From Leucoraja erinacea (lineage: Eukaryota), in the NCBI RefSeq assembly GCF_028641065.1, contig NC_073387.1, positions 15,748,001-15,812,000 of the forward strand: a stretch of DNA of 64,000 nucleotides, given 5' to 3'. The notes under the pieces are model-generated. The model was given only the letters and a program-made list of their open reading frames with translations. It ran no database searches and was not told the origin of the DNA. This document shows, one piece after another, positions 11,840 through 24,690 of the stretch. The translations under genes were made by a program, and so were the position numbers. Each line of letters opens with the position of its first letter. Positions within the stretch are counted from its first letter, which is position 1.

Positions 11840-14050
11840 CGATGAAGAGCTGAGAAGAGGAATCGGAGCTGCCAAGGAAAGGTACTCTGAGAAGTTGAGG
11901 AGCAAGTTCTCAGCTAGTGACTCTTCTTCAGTTTGGATGGGCAAGCAAGAAATCACCAGCTATTAGAGGAAAGCCCCCCGCTCTTTGGACAATCATCAGC
12001 TGACAAACTACCTGAATTAGTTTTACTGCAGGTTTGAAAATCAGAAACGTAACCCTGGTACCCCCTAGCCACCAAATACAGCCTGCAAAGAATGGACCCT
12101 GTACCCTCTCCTTTCCATTCACCACCTCACACCTGGCAAGACTCCAGTAATGAAAAGGGTGGACCCTTTTCCATCCCCACCAACACTTCACACCCAATTA
12201 CTAACTTTTAATAAGTACCTGCAAAGATGCACTGACCCTGCCTGCTTCAAATTCTCCACTATTGTCCCTGTACCCAAAAGGTAAGGATTACTGGTCTTAA
12301 TGACTACAGGCTTGTCGCACTGACCTCTGTAGTCATGGGGACCGTTGAAAGGCTTGTGCTGGCCATGCTGAAAAACATCACAATCCCTCTGCTGGACCCT
12401 CTGCATTTTGCATATTGGGCCAATAGATCTGTGGATGATGCAGTCAATCTGGGCCTACGCTTCATCCTCCAGCACCTAGACTGCCAGGGGACCTATTTCC
12501 GAGGATTTTGTTTGTTTATTTTAGCTCTGCATTCAACACCATTGTGCCAGAGCTACTACGCTCCAAACTTTCTGAGTTGATTGTGCTTGAACCCCTCTGT
12601 CGGTGGATCACCAGCTTTCTGACTGACAGGATACAGCATGTGAGACGGGAAAGCACATCTCGGACCCACAAACGCTCAGCAAAGGAGCAGCGCAAGATGC
12701 GTACTCTCCCCTCTCCTCACCAATGACTGCACCTCCACAGACACCTGTCAAGCTTCTCAAGTTTGCAGATGACACAACCCTGATTGGACTGATCCAGGAT
12801 GGGGATCTCTGTACTCTTTTCAATTTGACATCTTTCCTATAACATGATGCCCAGAACTGAACACAATATTCTAAATGTGGTCTCACCAACGTCTTATACA
12901 ACTGCAACATGACCTCACAACTTCTATACTCAATACTCTGACTGACGAAGGCCAAAGTGCCAAAGTACGCTTTGACCACTTGATATACCTGCGACACAAC
13001 CTTCAAGGAACCATGCAACCATCAACCATTCCTCTGCCCACCATCTAATTGATCCAGTTCCTGCTGCAATCTTTCACAACCATTTTCACTATATGCAAAA
13101 CCACTCATATCTGTATCATCAGCTAACTTGCTAATCTTGCCCTGTTCTCTGATGTTTCACCGAGTGCTGGAGTAACACAGCGGATCAGGCTGAGTATAGA
13201 GGTTGGGAGGTCATGTTGCAGTTGCATAAGAAGGTAGTGAGGCCACATTCAGAGTATTGTATTCAGTTCTGGGCACCATGTTATAGGAAAGATATCATCA
13301 AACTGGAAAGGGTACAGTGAAGATGTACGAGGATGTTTCCAGGACTAGAGGGCCAGAGCTATAGGGAGAGGTTGAGTAGGCTGGGACTCTATTTCATGGA
13401 GCACACAAGAGGATGAGGAATGATCTAATAGAGATGTAAACACTGTATAAAATCATGATTTGAATAGATATTGTTGTCTTTTGCCCAGAGTAGTTACATC
13501 GAGGCGCAGAGGACGTAAGTTTAAGGTGAACGGTAAAAGATTTAATAGGAATCTGTGGGGTATGTTTTTCACAAAAGGGGTGGTAGGTGTTTGGAACAAG
13601 CTGCCAGAGGAGATAGTTGAGGTGGGAACTATCGCAACATTTAAGAAACAGTTAGACTGGTAGGACAGGTTTGGAGAGATATGGATCAAACGTGGGCAGG
13701 TGGGACTGGTGTAGATGGGACATGCTGGGCCGAAGGGCCTATTTCCACACTGTCTCACACTATGGCTCTATCTATCCTTCCCTCTCAAACACATTTTCCT
13801 GCCTTCTCCCCATTACCTCTGACACCCGTATCAATCAAGAATCTAGCAATCTCCTCCTGAAAAATGTCCATTGACTTGACCTCCACAGCTGTCTGTGGCA
13901 ATGAATTCCACAGTTCACCACCCTTTGACTTAAGAAATTCCTGCTCATCTCCTTCCTAAAGGAATGTCTTTTAATTCCGAGGCTGTGGCTACTGATCCTA
14001 GACGCTCCCACTAGTGGAAACATCCTCTCCACATCCACTCCATCCAGGTT
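11840..14050. mobile_element. Mosaic of Rex1-like RT fragment (+, about 11840-12800) and CR1 3' fragments on both strands
   Basis: STIVPVPK...DYRLVALTSVVM...LDPLHFAY and KFADDTTLIGLI (Rex1-like); [19 protein letters not shown] (CR1). The same mosaic recurs at 41370-43680. Confidence 0.75.
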
Positions 14051-14692
14051 TTTACCGGGCTGGGACAGACTGCAACAGCTTCACACCGCGTCCCAAAGCT
14101 TGTGCCTGTCTTGCATCACCCAAGGCAGCAGAGACATTATAGGAGAGGGCAAGCACCGTAACAAAGTAGCTCACGATGGTTTGGGTAACATTCAGGAATG
14201 TCTATTCATGCCACATCATGAATATTACTGAAGAACGGTCTTGACCCGAAATATAATCTCCATGTATGCTGCATGACACACTGAGTTACTCCAGCACTCT
14301 GCGACATGTCATCTATCCATGTTCTCCAGAGATGCTGCCTAACCCGCTGAGTTACTTCAGCACTCTGTGAAATGTTGCCTATTCATATTCTACGCAGATG
14401 CTGCCTGACCCACTGAGTTACCCCAGCATTTTGTGTCTATTTTCCCTTCACCCATCTGCCCAAGCCCACTCTCCCCCCTCCTTTCTTATATTCCTTTCCA
14501 CCCATAAACCTCTCTCTGCCTTTACATTTCACTCCTCTATCAAATCTACTCTAGTTATCTACATGCATTTTTCATCTTAACTTTTTAGTCATAGAATGAT
14601 GCAGTGTGGAAACAGGCCCTTCAGCCCAACTTGCCCACACAGACCAACATGTCCCATCTAAACTAGTCCCACTCACACGCGTTTGGCCCATA

Positions 14693-15708
14693 TCTATATT
14701 ACTAAAGGTCTGATCTTGACTGCTTTTGTCTCGCTGTACTGTGATTTCCGCGAGAACGCCACGACCTACAGCCGTCATGTTTGGCCACCTCGCTCAGAGC
14801 CCCTCTCCGCCTTCCTGGACCAGAGGATTTTTCCCATCGATGAAAAATCTGAGAGATATGAATTTTTTTTTTTTAATCGCCATTCTCTCTGCTGCCCCTG
14901 CGGGAGGGAGGGGGAGGGACTATAAAACCAGGAAGTGGTGTGCCTCACTCATTCTGCAAGATGGAGGAAGCCAGAGGGTCACGTCTCTCCGAGCTCTGAA
15001 TAACACTGAACACATGTCTACTGAACTGTGAGTGCCCTTAATATGGTTTGAAATTGAAAATATTGTTGGTTTGAAGTGCAAATTGTTGTTTGGGGGGTTT
15101 GGGGTTTGAAGTAAAAAGGCACTGCAAATGGTTGTTTGGGGGGGTTTGGGTTGAAGTAAAAAGGCACTGCAAATTGTTGTTTGGCTAATCTTGACAACTT
15201 CCTGTTTGCACTATATAGATTTTAGATACAATGCTACCACTTACGGCTGTGATTTTTGGCCATCTTAATCAGCCTCCCTCTGCTCATCAGGTGCAGAGGA
15301 TTCTTCCCATCAATGAAAACTAAAAGTGTTATTAGTGTTTAAAAAATGTTGAGAATCTCTCTCCTGTCAATCACGCCATGAAGGCCACATCTTTTCCGGT
15401 GGGAGGGGGAGGGATTATAAAACCCGGAAGTGTGGGTGTTGCTCAGTCTCTGCATGATGGGGGAGGGAGAGGTCACAACTCTGTCTGAGCTGTGAATCAA
15501 CTGAACATACTGAATGTCTATTGAACTGTGAGTATGGTGTTTTGTGTGGCTTTATGGTGGTTTTAAGATGGTTTCATCTTCACCCCCCCCCCCCCCCCCC
15601 CCCCCCACCACTGGCCACCAATATTGGAATTGGTGGAGAGGTGAAATTTTGCGTTGGGGGACCAGCCCTCCCATGTGTACATGGGACCCAACGGGTTCCA
15701 CTTAGTCT
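14693..15708 (+). mobile_element. Non-autonomous Helitron-like element
   Basis: Starts A|TCTATATTACTAAA and ends with a hairpin (gggacccaacgggttcc) followed by acttagtct. Absent from the duplicate block at about 44330. Confidence 0.55.
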
Positions 15709-16432
15709 CTTAAACTTTAGGATAGTCCCAGCCTTAACTACCTCCTCTGGCAGCTTGTTACATGCACCCAGCACCCTTTGTGTGACAAAGCTACCTCTCA
15801 GATTCCTGTTAATTTCTGAAATATTGGTCAAAGATTTGGTGCAAAAATGGTCCAAAATAAGGCTCAGAATGCATCAGAGAGCATCTAAAACTACAGAGCT
15901 TCCAGGGCCCTTAAGCGAGCCCTGGGCCCTGGCATCCAGGGACTTCATGCTTCGCGCTCATGATTTGCGCAGTGCACACACTATTTCACATTAAATTTTT
16001 TGTAATCCTGTCATGCCATCCCCCAGTTTGGAAAGCTTCGTACTATACTATATTGACCTTTGACAAAAAGGTTCACAGTGACACACTGGTTTCCATACTA
16101 CTGGACTAGTTTTCATACCTTTGGAGACACTTATCAACAAGGACAGACATTGATGATGAAATTCACGATCACCTTCAATGAGATCGCCAACACAGGTCTT
16201 GGTCAGTGGTCTGCCAGCAGTAGTGATCCATGTGTTCCCATGTGCTTCAGGGACTGGACTACTTATAATAGAAGTGACCTTATAGGCATGGACAAAAGGT
16301 TTGAAGGAAATGTCTATGATTGAGCTCTACTTGCAGTAAGACATGGAATGTTAAAAGTTATCCGAAAAGAATAGCAACAAGTGACAAGACCTCTGTGTCA
16401 CAATCACGAAGAGCAGGAACTAAGACACTTAC

Positions 16433-16702
16433 TTTTAAACTGCAGATAATATGGAATGAAAACCTTGGGTGTGCTTTGATGAAACAAAACACATGTCCAG
16501 TTCCTTCTTACTCCATCAACTTTTGCAATAATCAGCTGCAAAAAATTGTCCTCCTGCTTTGTTTGCATGAGATTTTTCTCCTCTACAACTTTGCCTTCAT
16601 CGTTGATCCAAACCAGTCTAATTGGCTCAGTGACATGAGACACAGAGCAGGTCAGTGCAATGTTTCTTCCCTCAGTTACTGCACCAGATGGTTCAGTTGT
16701 GA
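16433..16702 (-). CDS. IgSF receptor exon: domain 8, C2-type Ig with WxC (paralog of D4)
   Basis: Acceptor tttccacag|, donor AAAA|gtaagt, 270 bp. IALTCSVS...RLVWIN...RNWTCVLF. Confidence 0.88.
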
Positions 16703-17531
16703 CTGTGGAAAGAAGAAAATTGTAAAACAATGAATTTTGTCTGGATTGTGTTGTGTTATTCCCAGTACATTGACACCAGTATCTGACGATCTAAGTGTGT
16801 AAAATTATATTGCACGACAAGAGTTAGAGTCATAGAGTCATACAGCATGAAAACAATTCGGTCCATTCAGCCCAACTCGTCCAAGATGCTCCATCTAAAA
16901 TATTTTCCCACATTTGGCCCATATCCCTCTGCACCTTTTCCCATCCATGTACCTCTCCAAGTGTATTTTTCATGATCATTCACAACAGTTTTGAACTCAT
17001 GATACTAAGAGCAACCACTGCCCATAACATAGTCTCTGGCAACAGAGCTGGCCAGAACATTGCCACTGGCCACGTTGCTGGCCATAACACTCATCCAGGT
17101 GAAAATTAATTGATCAATTCCACAAAATACATTCAGCCTCCAGTGAGCCTTCAAAAATTAGGATGGGTCATTTGGGGTCAAAGAAACTTGGGGAACGTGT
17201 TAAGAGAAGTTGAAGAATTTTTAAAATATTTTCGATAGAAGCTCATTTGCACCTACGCGAATCACATTTCATCATATTCCCTCTCTTATGTATAAAACAG
17301 AATGCGTTTTCAGCAAAATAAATGAAAATAACATTTTGATGTGCTTCCCAATAACGTTGGTTTAAGGCAGCTTTTGAGTTCAGCAAAATACAAATAAGTT
17401 GAATAGGAAGCTCTGGATATAAAATAATTATTCAAACTAGGGAATTTCTGCTGACATTGCAGTCTGTACTCAGATTAGAAACTCTACACCAGTAACTTGA
17501 TTATTGAAAGTAGTGACATCCAGTCTCCTAC

Positions 17532-17858
17532 CTGTAACTGTGATTAGTTCAATGGTCACATATTTATTTGATCCCGTGGAACATGTGTAAACTCCAGCAT
17601 CTTCGAACTGCATGGGGACAATCCTCACATGGAGATTCTTGTCATTCACATTTCCCTCTGTGGTTTCCAGACGATTCCCAAAGTAGCTCCTGTTGACATG
17701 GATCAGCTCAGACCTGAGAGTAGACTTCTCTTTATTCTGGAAACGTGATCTCCAAGTCCATTTGGTTTCACTGAGCTGAGGAGAAGCTTCACAAATCAGG
17801 ACGAGTTCGCTGTGACCCGTGACTGAGCGATAAACTGTGTACGTCTTGTTGTGTAAAT
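17532..17858 (-). CDS. IgSF receptor exon: domain 7, V-type Ig (paralog of D3)
   Basis: Hand translation from ctctcttgcag|: DLHNKTYTVYRSVTGHSELVLICEASPQLSETKWTW...FGNRL...LHVRIVPMQFEDAGVYTCSTGSNKYVTIELITVT; donor ACAG|gtagga; 327 bp. Confidence 0.88.
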
Positions 17859-20049
17859 CTGCAAGAGAGGTTCAGGGAACAATAATTAGATTTCCACAGA
17901 TGCTGAGATACAGATGTTCTGTGTTTGCACAGGAACAAACCCCCGGCTCTGGGATATCAGCTGGGAAGCTGGTTCTGGACTCCCCGAACATGGGGGAACA
18001 TTTTTCCTGCATCTAGCCTGTCCAATCCCTTCACAACTTATATGTTTCCCCTCTCTCCTTCTAAATTTCTAATATTATAAGATACCCTCTCTCCTTCTAA
18101 ATTTCAGTGAACATATGCCCAGTCGATCCATTCTTTCATCATACCTCAGTCCCGCCATCTAAGGAATTAATCTGGTGAACTTACTCTGCACACTCTCGAT
18201 AAGAAGAATGTCCTTTCTCAAACTAGGAGACCAAACTGCACACAATACTTCAGGTGCGGTCTCACCAGGGCCCTGTCCAACTGCAGTAGGATCTCTATTC
18301 TCCTCTATTCAAATCATCTTGCTATGAAGGCCAAAATACCATTTGCTTTCTTCACTGTCTACTGTACCTTCATGCTTACTTTGTAATTATGCTGCTAAAT
18401 CTCACCCCGTTAGTCAACGCAACGTTAGTCAATTATGCTCCTAAATCTCACCCCTGGATCAACTAAACTTCTTTATTCTCAATCACAAACAAAATTCCTA
18501 TACAATACCTAACCAACACTGTGGGTCCGATCCTTGTCTCTACGCATCCAAGCACTTCAGCCTCATACAAATTGACACCTCCAGATGGTCAGCACAGTCT
18601 CAAGTGTTACCCGAGAAGATTGGCCCCGATCCATGTGGTGTCCCCTCTTATATACAAAATATGTATACACAATGTAATGGCTGCTGGAAGCCCAGCTGTT
18701 CACAGAACTCTTTAATATTCTGCCGAATAAAATGTGGACTGTTGTCTGACCTAAGTCGAATAGGGATACCAAATCTAGGGACAATTTCTCTCATTAACAC
18801 CTTGACAACAGTAGCCGCTACTTTATCAAGTGTTGGATAGGCCTCGATCCACCGGCTGAATACATCGACTATTATGAGTACATATCTGTATCCCTGGCAT
18901 TTCTCCAACTCTATATAATCCATTTGTAAAGTTTCAAAAGGACCCATGGGCAAAGGTGTCTTTCCACCTCCACACCCTACTCCTTTTCCAGGATTGTACT
19001 TCTGGCAAATCAGGCAATTGCTACACACTTTGTGGACCAATATTTGTAATTTCGGATGCCATCAAGTAGCTCAGAGCATGTCTCCAATGGCTGTTGTGCC
19101 GCAGTGAGTTGCAAAATGTATGACTCTTCAACCCAAACAGTAAGGGGGTCTGTCATGCACGTCTGCCCTGCCGGAGCAGTTCATATTCCCTGTTCCAATG
19201 ACCCAGCTGGTTACAATTAAAGCAAGCACCTGATGCTACTATTTTATCAACTTTAAAATATCTCTTCGGGGAAATATGGGGCTGTCTATTATCTTTCCTT
19301 GATGTGGGAGTATCCTTCATTAACTTCTTCCTTGCTCAATTTCTAATAATTAATGTGATGGCATGTTTAATTTCTTTATCGTGATACATTATTTTGATTG
19401 GTCCAGGGATAAGGGTCAGGCAATCTTGTCCATTGACTTTCGACAGACTGGCTAATCAGGACTGTGAAAATGGATTGGTCTGAGAAAAAGGTGTCTGTCT
19501 TCTCTGTACCTGATTTCCTGGCCAGCTCACTCTTTGCTCTCTCTGATCACTTTGGTCTCTGAAATCTCTGATCCCTCTGCTCGAAAATTTCTCTAATCTC
19601 AAAAGTCTCCACTGAGCCCTTCCTTCACTTTATCACACAGTCGGACATGCCCAACTCCAGTCTCCTGTCCCACTTCAAGTATAGCATTGGTCTGGTTCTA
19701 GTATGTTATTTCTTCTCCAATTATGTCTCGGGAAAATTGGTTCTAAAGCAGGCATCATATCATCTCATATCTATCTATCCTATCTATATACTTTTAAAAC
19801 TTTGTGTGTATGTGTGTGTGCACGTGTGGGTGTGTGTGTGTGTGTCATTTTGCGTTTGAAACGTATCACCTCGAAAACCAGAAGCAAAAATGCGGAGATG
19901 TTTACATATTTCGATACGGATTTAACATGATTTCAGAAATCCACTCCTCTCTAACTTTGGTCAATTATTTCCCCAGATTTTGAATAAAATTGTTCATAAA
20001 ACTCACGTTTTAAAAAATAATCTCTCTCACTCTTTGAGAGGCTGGTCAA

Positions 20050-21135
20050 GTGTGCCTGGGTTCTGGACTTTCTCACGGCCAGGCCACAGGTAGTCAAGAT
20101 GGGTGGAAATACATCGAAGTCCCTCACCCAGAGAACAGGATCCCTCCAGGGTTGCGTCCTCAGCCCCCTACTATACTCCCTGTACACCAGGACTGTGTGG
20201 CCAGGTTCAGCTCCAACTCGATAATCAAGTTTGCTGATGACACTGTGGTGGTGGGCCTGATCTCGGATAACGATGAGAAGGCCTACCGGGAAGAGGTGGC
20301 TGAACTGGCACTCTGGTGTCAGGACAACAGCCTCCTCTTGAATATCAAAAAACTAAGGAGCCGATCGTGGACTTTAGGAGGGCACATTATCCGAGGACGT
20401 ACACACCATTGAAGATAAATAGGGAAAACTGTGGATAGAGTGAGCTGTTTTAAATACCTGGGAGTCCACATCTCTGAGGATATGACATGGACATCACATG
20501 CTGCAGCACTCGTGAGTAAGGCAAGGCAGAGCCTTTACCATCTCAGGCAATTGAGGAAATTCAGAGTGTTTCTGAGGATCCTCCAGTGCTTCTACTCAGC
20601 GGCCGTGGAAAGCATCTTGTCCGGAAATATCACAATTTGGTTTGGGAATTGCTCTGCCCAGGATAAGAAAGCTCTGCAGAGAGTAGTGCGTTCGGCCGAA
20701 CGCACTATGGGAACTTCACTCGCCCCCCTGCAGGAACAATACATCAGAAGGTGTAACTCCAGAGCCAACAAGATCATGGGAGATCCCTTCCACCCCAGCA
20801 ACGGACTGTTCCAACTGCTACATTCAGGCAAATGCCTCCGTTGCCAAGCTGTGCGAACGGAGAGGATGAGAAGGAGTTTCTTCCTGGAGGCCATTAGGAC
20901 TGTAAACTCCTATATCTCCAGGGAATAGCTTTACTGTACCATTCTACTGTTGTGTGGTGTCTTTTTTAAATTGCTGTTTTTCTCCTTTTTCTTCCCTCCC
21001 TCCCTCAAATATGTGACATGTGAATATGTGATTCTGTTTGTTGTTTGTTTGTTTTTTGCACAATTCGCAATCATTGCCACTTTTCATTTCACTGCACATC
21101 TCATATGTGTATGTGACGAATAAACTTGACTTGAC
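20050..21135 (+). mobile_element. Rex1/Babar-like LINE, 5'-truncated
   Basis: IIKFADDTVVVGLISDNDEKAYREEV, FKYLGVHISEDMTW, ESILSGNITIWFG; (CTTGA)n tail. Confidence 0.85.
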
Positions 21136-22464
21136 AAGTTTGTTCCCAAACAATGGGCAAAATCTTTACAGTGCGCCTGTAAGTCACTTACACAATCAGC
21201 CCACAATCAATCCTTCCAATCTGGGTACCCCAAAAGGGCCTGACCCACTTACGTGTCTATGGCACGCAAATTACGTGGTCCTCGTGGTCGCGTTGAGCTG
21301 AGACGGTCGAGCGAAGGTCAGGCGAGATTACATGCGCCCGCTCAACAGTCTGGAGCGTGTGACGTCATTTGAAGATGGACACAAAATGCAGGAGTGACTC
21401 AGCGGGACCAGCAACATCTCTGGAGAGAAGCAATGGGTGATGTTTCGTGTCGAGACTCTTCTTCAGTCTGAAAAGAAGGGTCTTGACCCGAAACGTCACC
21501 CATTGCTTCTTTCCAGTGATGTTGCCGGTCCCGCTGAGTTCCTCCTGCATTTTGTGTCTATCTTCAATTTTCTTTGCCCCGCTCTGGGAGTAGAAGTGGG
21601 GGCGGATCCGGACCACAACGGCCGTGAGCCCCAGGCCGAGCTCGTTTGCCTGCTTCTGCTGCTGTTGGAGGTGAGACATTGCGTCGCGCCAGGGTCTTGG
21701 GCCTGTCCCACTTTGGCCGTCAGTTCCACGACAGGCCGGTGGCGCACAAAGATTTTGTTCACTTCAAGAATTTCAGAGCCCTGCGCGATGTCAGCACCAG
21801 CCCTGCAAAACTCCATACCCATCTGCGCTTCTAAGTGGGACCGGCCTTGCGCAGCCATAGGATGCCCGTACGCCTCAAGCGACCACGAGCCAAGGACGCC
21901 TAAGTGGGACAGGCCCTTTACACACAATCTCACACACAAAAATTCACACAAGCTTCCAATCCTGTAAACAATTTTAAAGTCTGTAAACAATCCTAAATCG
22001 TAAACAATCTAAGGTGCTTTAATCTAAGGTGCAAAGAAGCAATCAAACACACTTCAGCAGCAAATCTCCTACACGTAGCACTTCAATCTAGACAAAGGCA
22101 AATTAGCTCATAACACGCAAGGAAAATCGTACTCAAACAAGAGATTTTACTACATATCACTATCAAGCAAAAACACACCCCAATATAGAACACAAGTATT
22201 CGTTGAATATCACATTCGCTAACTGTACAAAACAAATCACAGTCCTTCAATATGAAGCCCTGAATTTGGTCGAATTTGAATCGAAGAAATTTAGTCCTTT
22301 AACCCCATGTAATTATCCATTCCCAGTATTTTAACTCCTTTCCCACTAATCCGAATAATATCATTGACGCGTTTCCCCAATTTCAATTAATCCTCAGTGT
22401 TGCCTCAGAGAATTTTCAGCCAATTATAGCCAATCAGCCTAACCTAGACCAGTTAGTCTAACAT

Positions 22465-24690
22465 CGGTAGTGGGGAAACTGCTAGAGTCAGTTATTAAAG
22501 ATGGGATAGCAGCACATTTGGAAAGTAGTGAAATCATTGGACAAAGTCAGCATGGATTTACGAAAGGTAAATCATGTCTGACGAATCTTATAAAATTTTT
22601 CGAGGATGTAACTAGTAGCGTGGATAGGGGAGAACCAGTGGATGTGGTGTATCTGGACTTCCAGAAGGCTTTCGACAAGGTCTCACATAAGAGGTTAGTA
22701 TACAAACTTAAAGCACAAGGCATTGGGGGTTCAGTATTGATGTGGATAGAGAACTGGCTGGCAAACAGGAAGCAAAGAGTAGGAGTAAACGGGTCCTTTT
22801 CACAATGGCAGGCAGTGACTAGTGGGGTACCGCAAGGCTCAGTGCTGGGACCACAGCTATTTACAATATATATTAATGATCTGGACGAGGGAATTGAAGG
22901 CAATATCTCCAAGTTTGCGGATGACACTAAGCTGGGGGGCAGTGTTAGCTGTGAGGAGGATGCTAGGAGACTGCAAGGTGACTTGGATAGGCTGGGTGAG
23001 TGGGCAAATGTTTGGCAGATGCAGTATAATGTGGATAAATGTGAGGTTATCCATTTTGGTGGCAAAAACGGGAAAGCAGACTATTATCTAAATGGTGGCC
23101 GATTGGGAAAGGGGGAGATGCAGCGAGACCTGGGTGTCATGGTACACCAGTCATTGAAGGTAGGCATGCAGGTGCAGCAGGCAGTAAAGAAAGCGAATGG
23201 TATGTTAGCTTTTATTGCAAAGTATAGGAGCGGGTAGGTTCTACTGCAGTTGTACAGGGTCTTGGTGAGACCACACCTGGAGTATTGCGTACAGTTTTGG
23301 TCTCCAAATCTGAGGAAGGACATTATTGCCATAGAGGGAGTGCAGAGACGGTTCACCAGACTGATTCCTGGGATGTCAGGACTGTCTTATGAAGAAAGAC
23401 TGGATAGACTTGGTTTATACTCTCTAGAATTTAGGAGATTGAGAGAGGGATCTTATAGAAACTTACAAAATTCTTAAGGGGTTGGACAGGCTAGATGCAG
23501 GAAGATTGTTCCCGATGTTAGGGAAGTCCAGGACAAGGGGTCACAGCTTAAGGATAAGGGGGAAACGTACGACATACGCTCATTCACTTTAAAACATTAC
23601 ATAGATTATACTATTCAAAAACTAAATTAAATAAAATCTTCCCTAATGTTTCACCAATCTGTGATAAATGCCTGTGTCAAGAAGCTACCATAGCGCACTC
23701 TTTTGTTTTTTGTATAAAAATCAAAAAATTCTGGTATGAAATATTTGATATTTTTTCAAAATTGATCAAAATAAAACTGGTACCAAAACCAGAATGGATT
23801 ATCTTCGGAATATAGGAAGGTAACCCTGAATTAAACGTGTTTCAGAAGAATTTATTTAATTACGGGCTAATAATGGGAAAAAAGCTTATACTTAAATTCT
23901 GGAAAAATGCGCCGACACCAACAATAAAAATGTGGATATCAAATATGTTTGAAACATTACATCTGGAAGAGATGAGATTCCTCCTAGCCGGTAAAGCAGA
24001 CCAATTCCAAAAGACGTGGTCTATGTTTCTGGACCTATTACAAGTATGAGGTGCAATAGTCAGGACCTGGTAACGGGAGGTAAAACAACAAAAACAGACT
24101 TGGTTGGTAGTCCCCTTTCTGCGGAGTTTAATGTTATAATAGAGCGATTGTTTCTATTTTCTCTTTCTTTCTTTTCTAGGGTCTATTTTCTCACTTTACT
24201 TCCTTCTCTAACTTCTTTCCTAAGGGGCTTTCTTTTCCCAACACTCTTGCACTTCACGACTCTCTTGCACTTTCTTTACTTTCCTTACTTCTACCTTTTT
24301 CTTAAAGCTCAAAAAAAAATGAAGCGGTACAAAAAATGTATTAAGATATATGTGTTATGTAGGATTGTAATTTACCGTACTTCTAATAAAAATAAAATTA
24401 AAAAAAAAAAAGGATAAGGGGGAAATCCTTAAAAACCGAGATGAGAAGAACTTTTTTTCACACAGAGATTGGTGAATCTCTGGAACTCTCTGCCACAGAG
24501 GGTAGTTGAGGCCAGTTCATTGGCTATATATAAGAGGGAGTTAGATGTGGCCCTTGTGGCTAAGGGGATCAGGAGGTATGGAGAGAAGGCATGTACGGGA
24601 TACTGAGTTGGATGATCAGCCATGATCATAATGAATGGCGGTGCTGACTCGAAGGGCCGAATGGCTTACTCCTGCACCTAATTTCTATGT
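22465..24690 (+). mobile_element. CR1 LINE, 5'-truncated, interrupted by an L1 fragment
   Basis: ORF 22470-23237 with QHGFTKGKSCLTNL, YLDFQKAFDKV, GVPQGSVLGP, KFADDTKL; ends in a ttctatgtttctat tail near 24690. Confidence 0.9.
23566..24410 (+). mobile_element. L1-like LINE 3' fragment with poly(A) and TSD
   Basis: C-terminal ORF2 remnant (CDKC...HSFVFC...W...LILKFWK), AATAAA and poly(A), TSD AGGATAAGGGGGAAA (23551-23565 and 24411-24425). Confidence 0.85.

Noticed and set aside
22547-23065. Antisense ORFs over CR1, Gypsy and L1 coding regions (also 36920-38062)
   Set aside because: Shadow ORFs of the retroelement reading frames.
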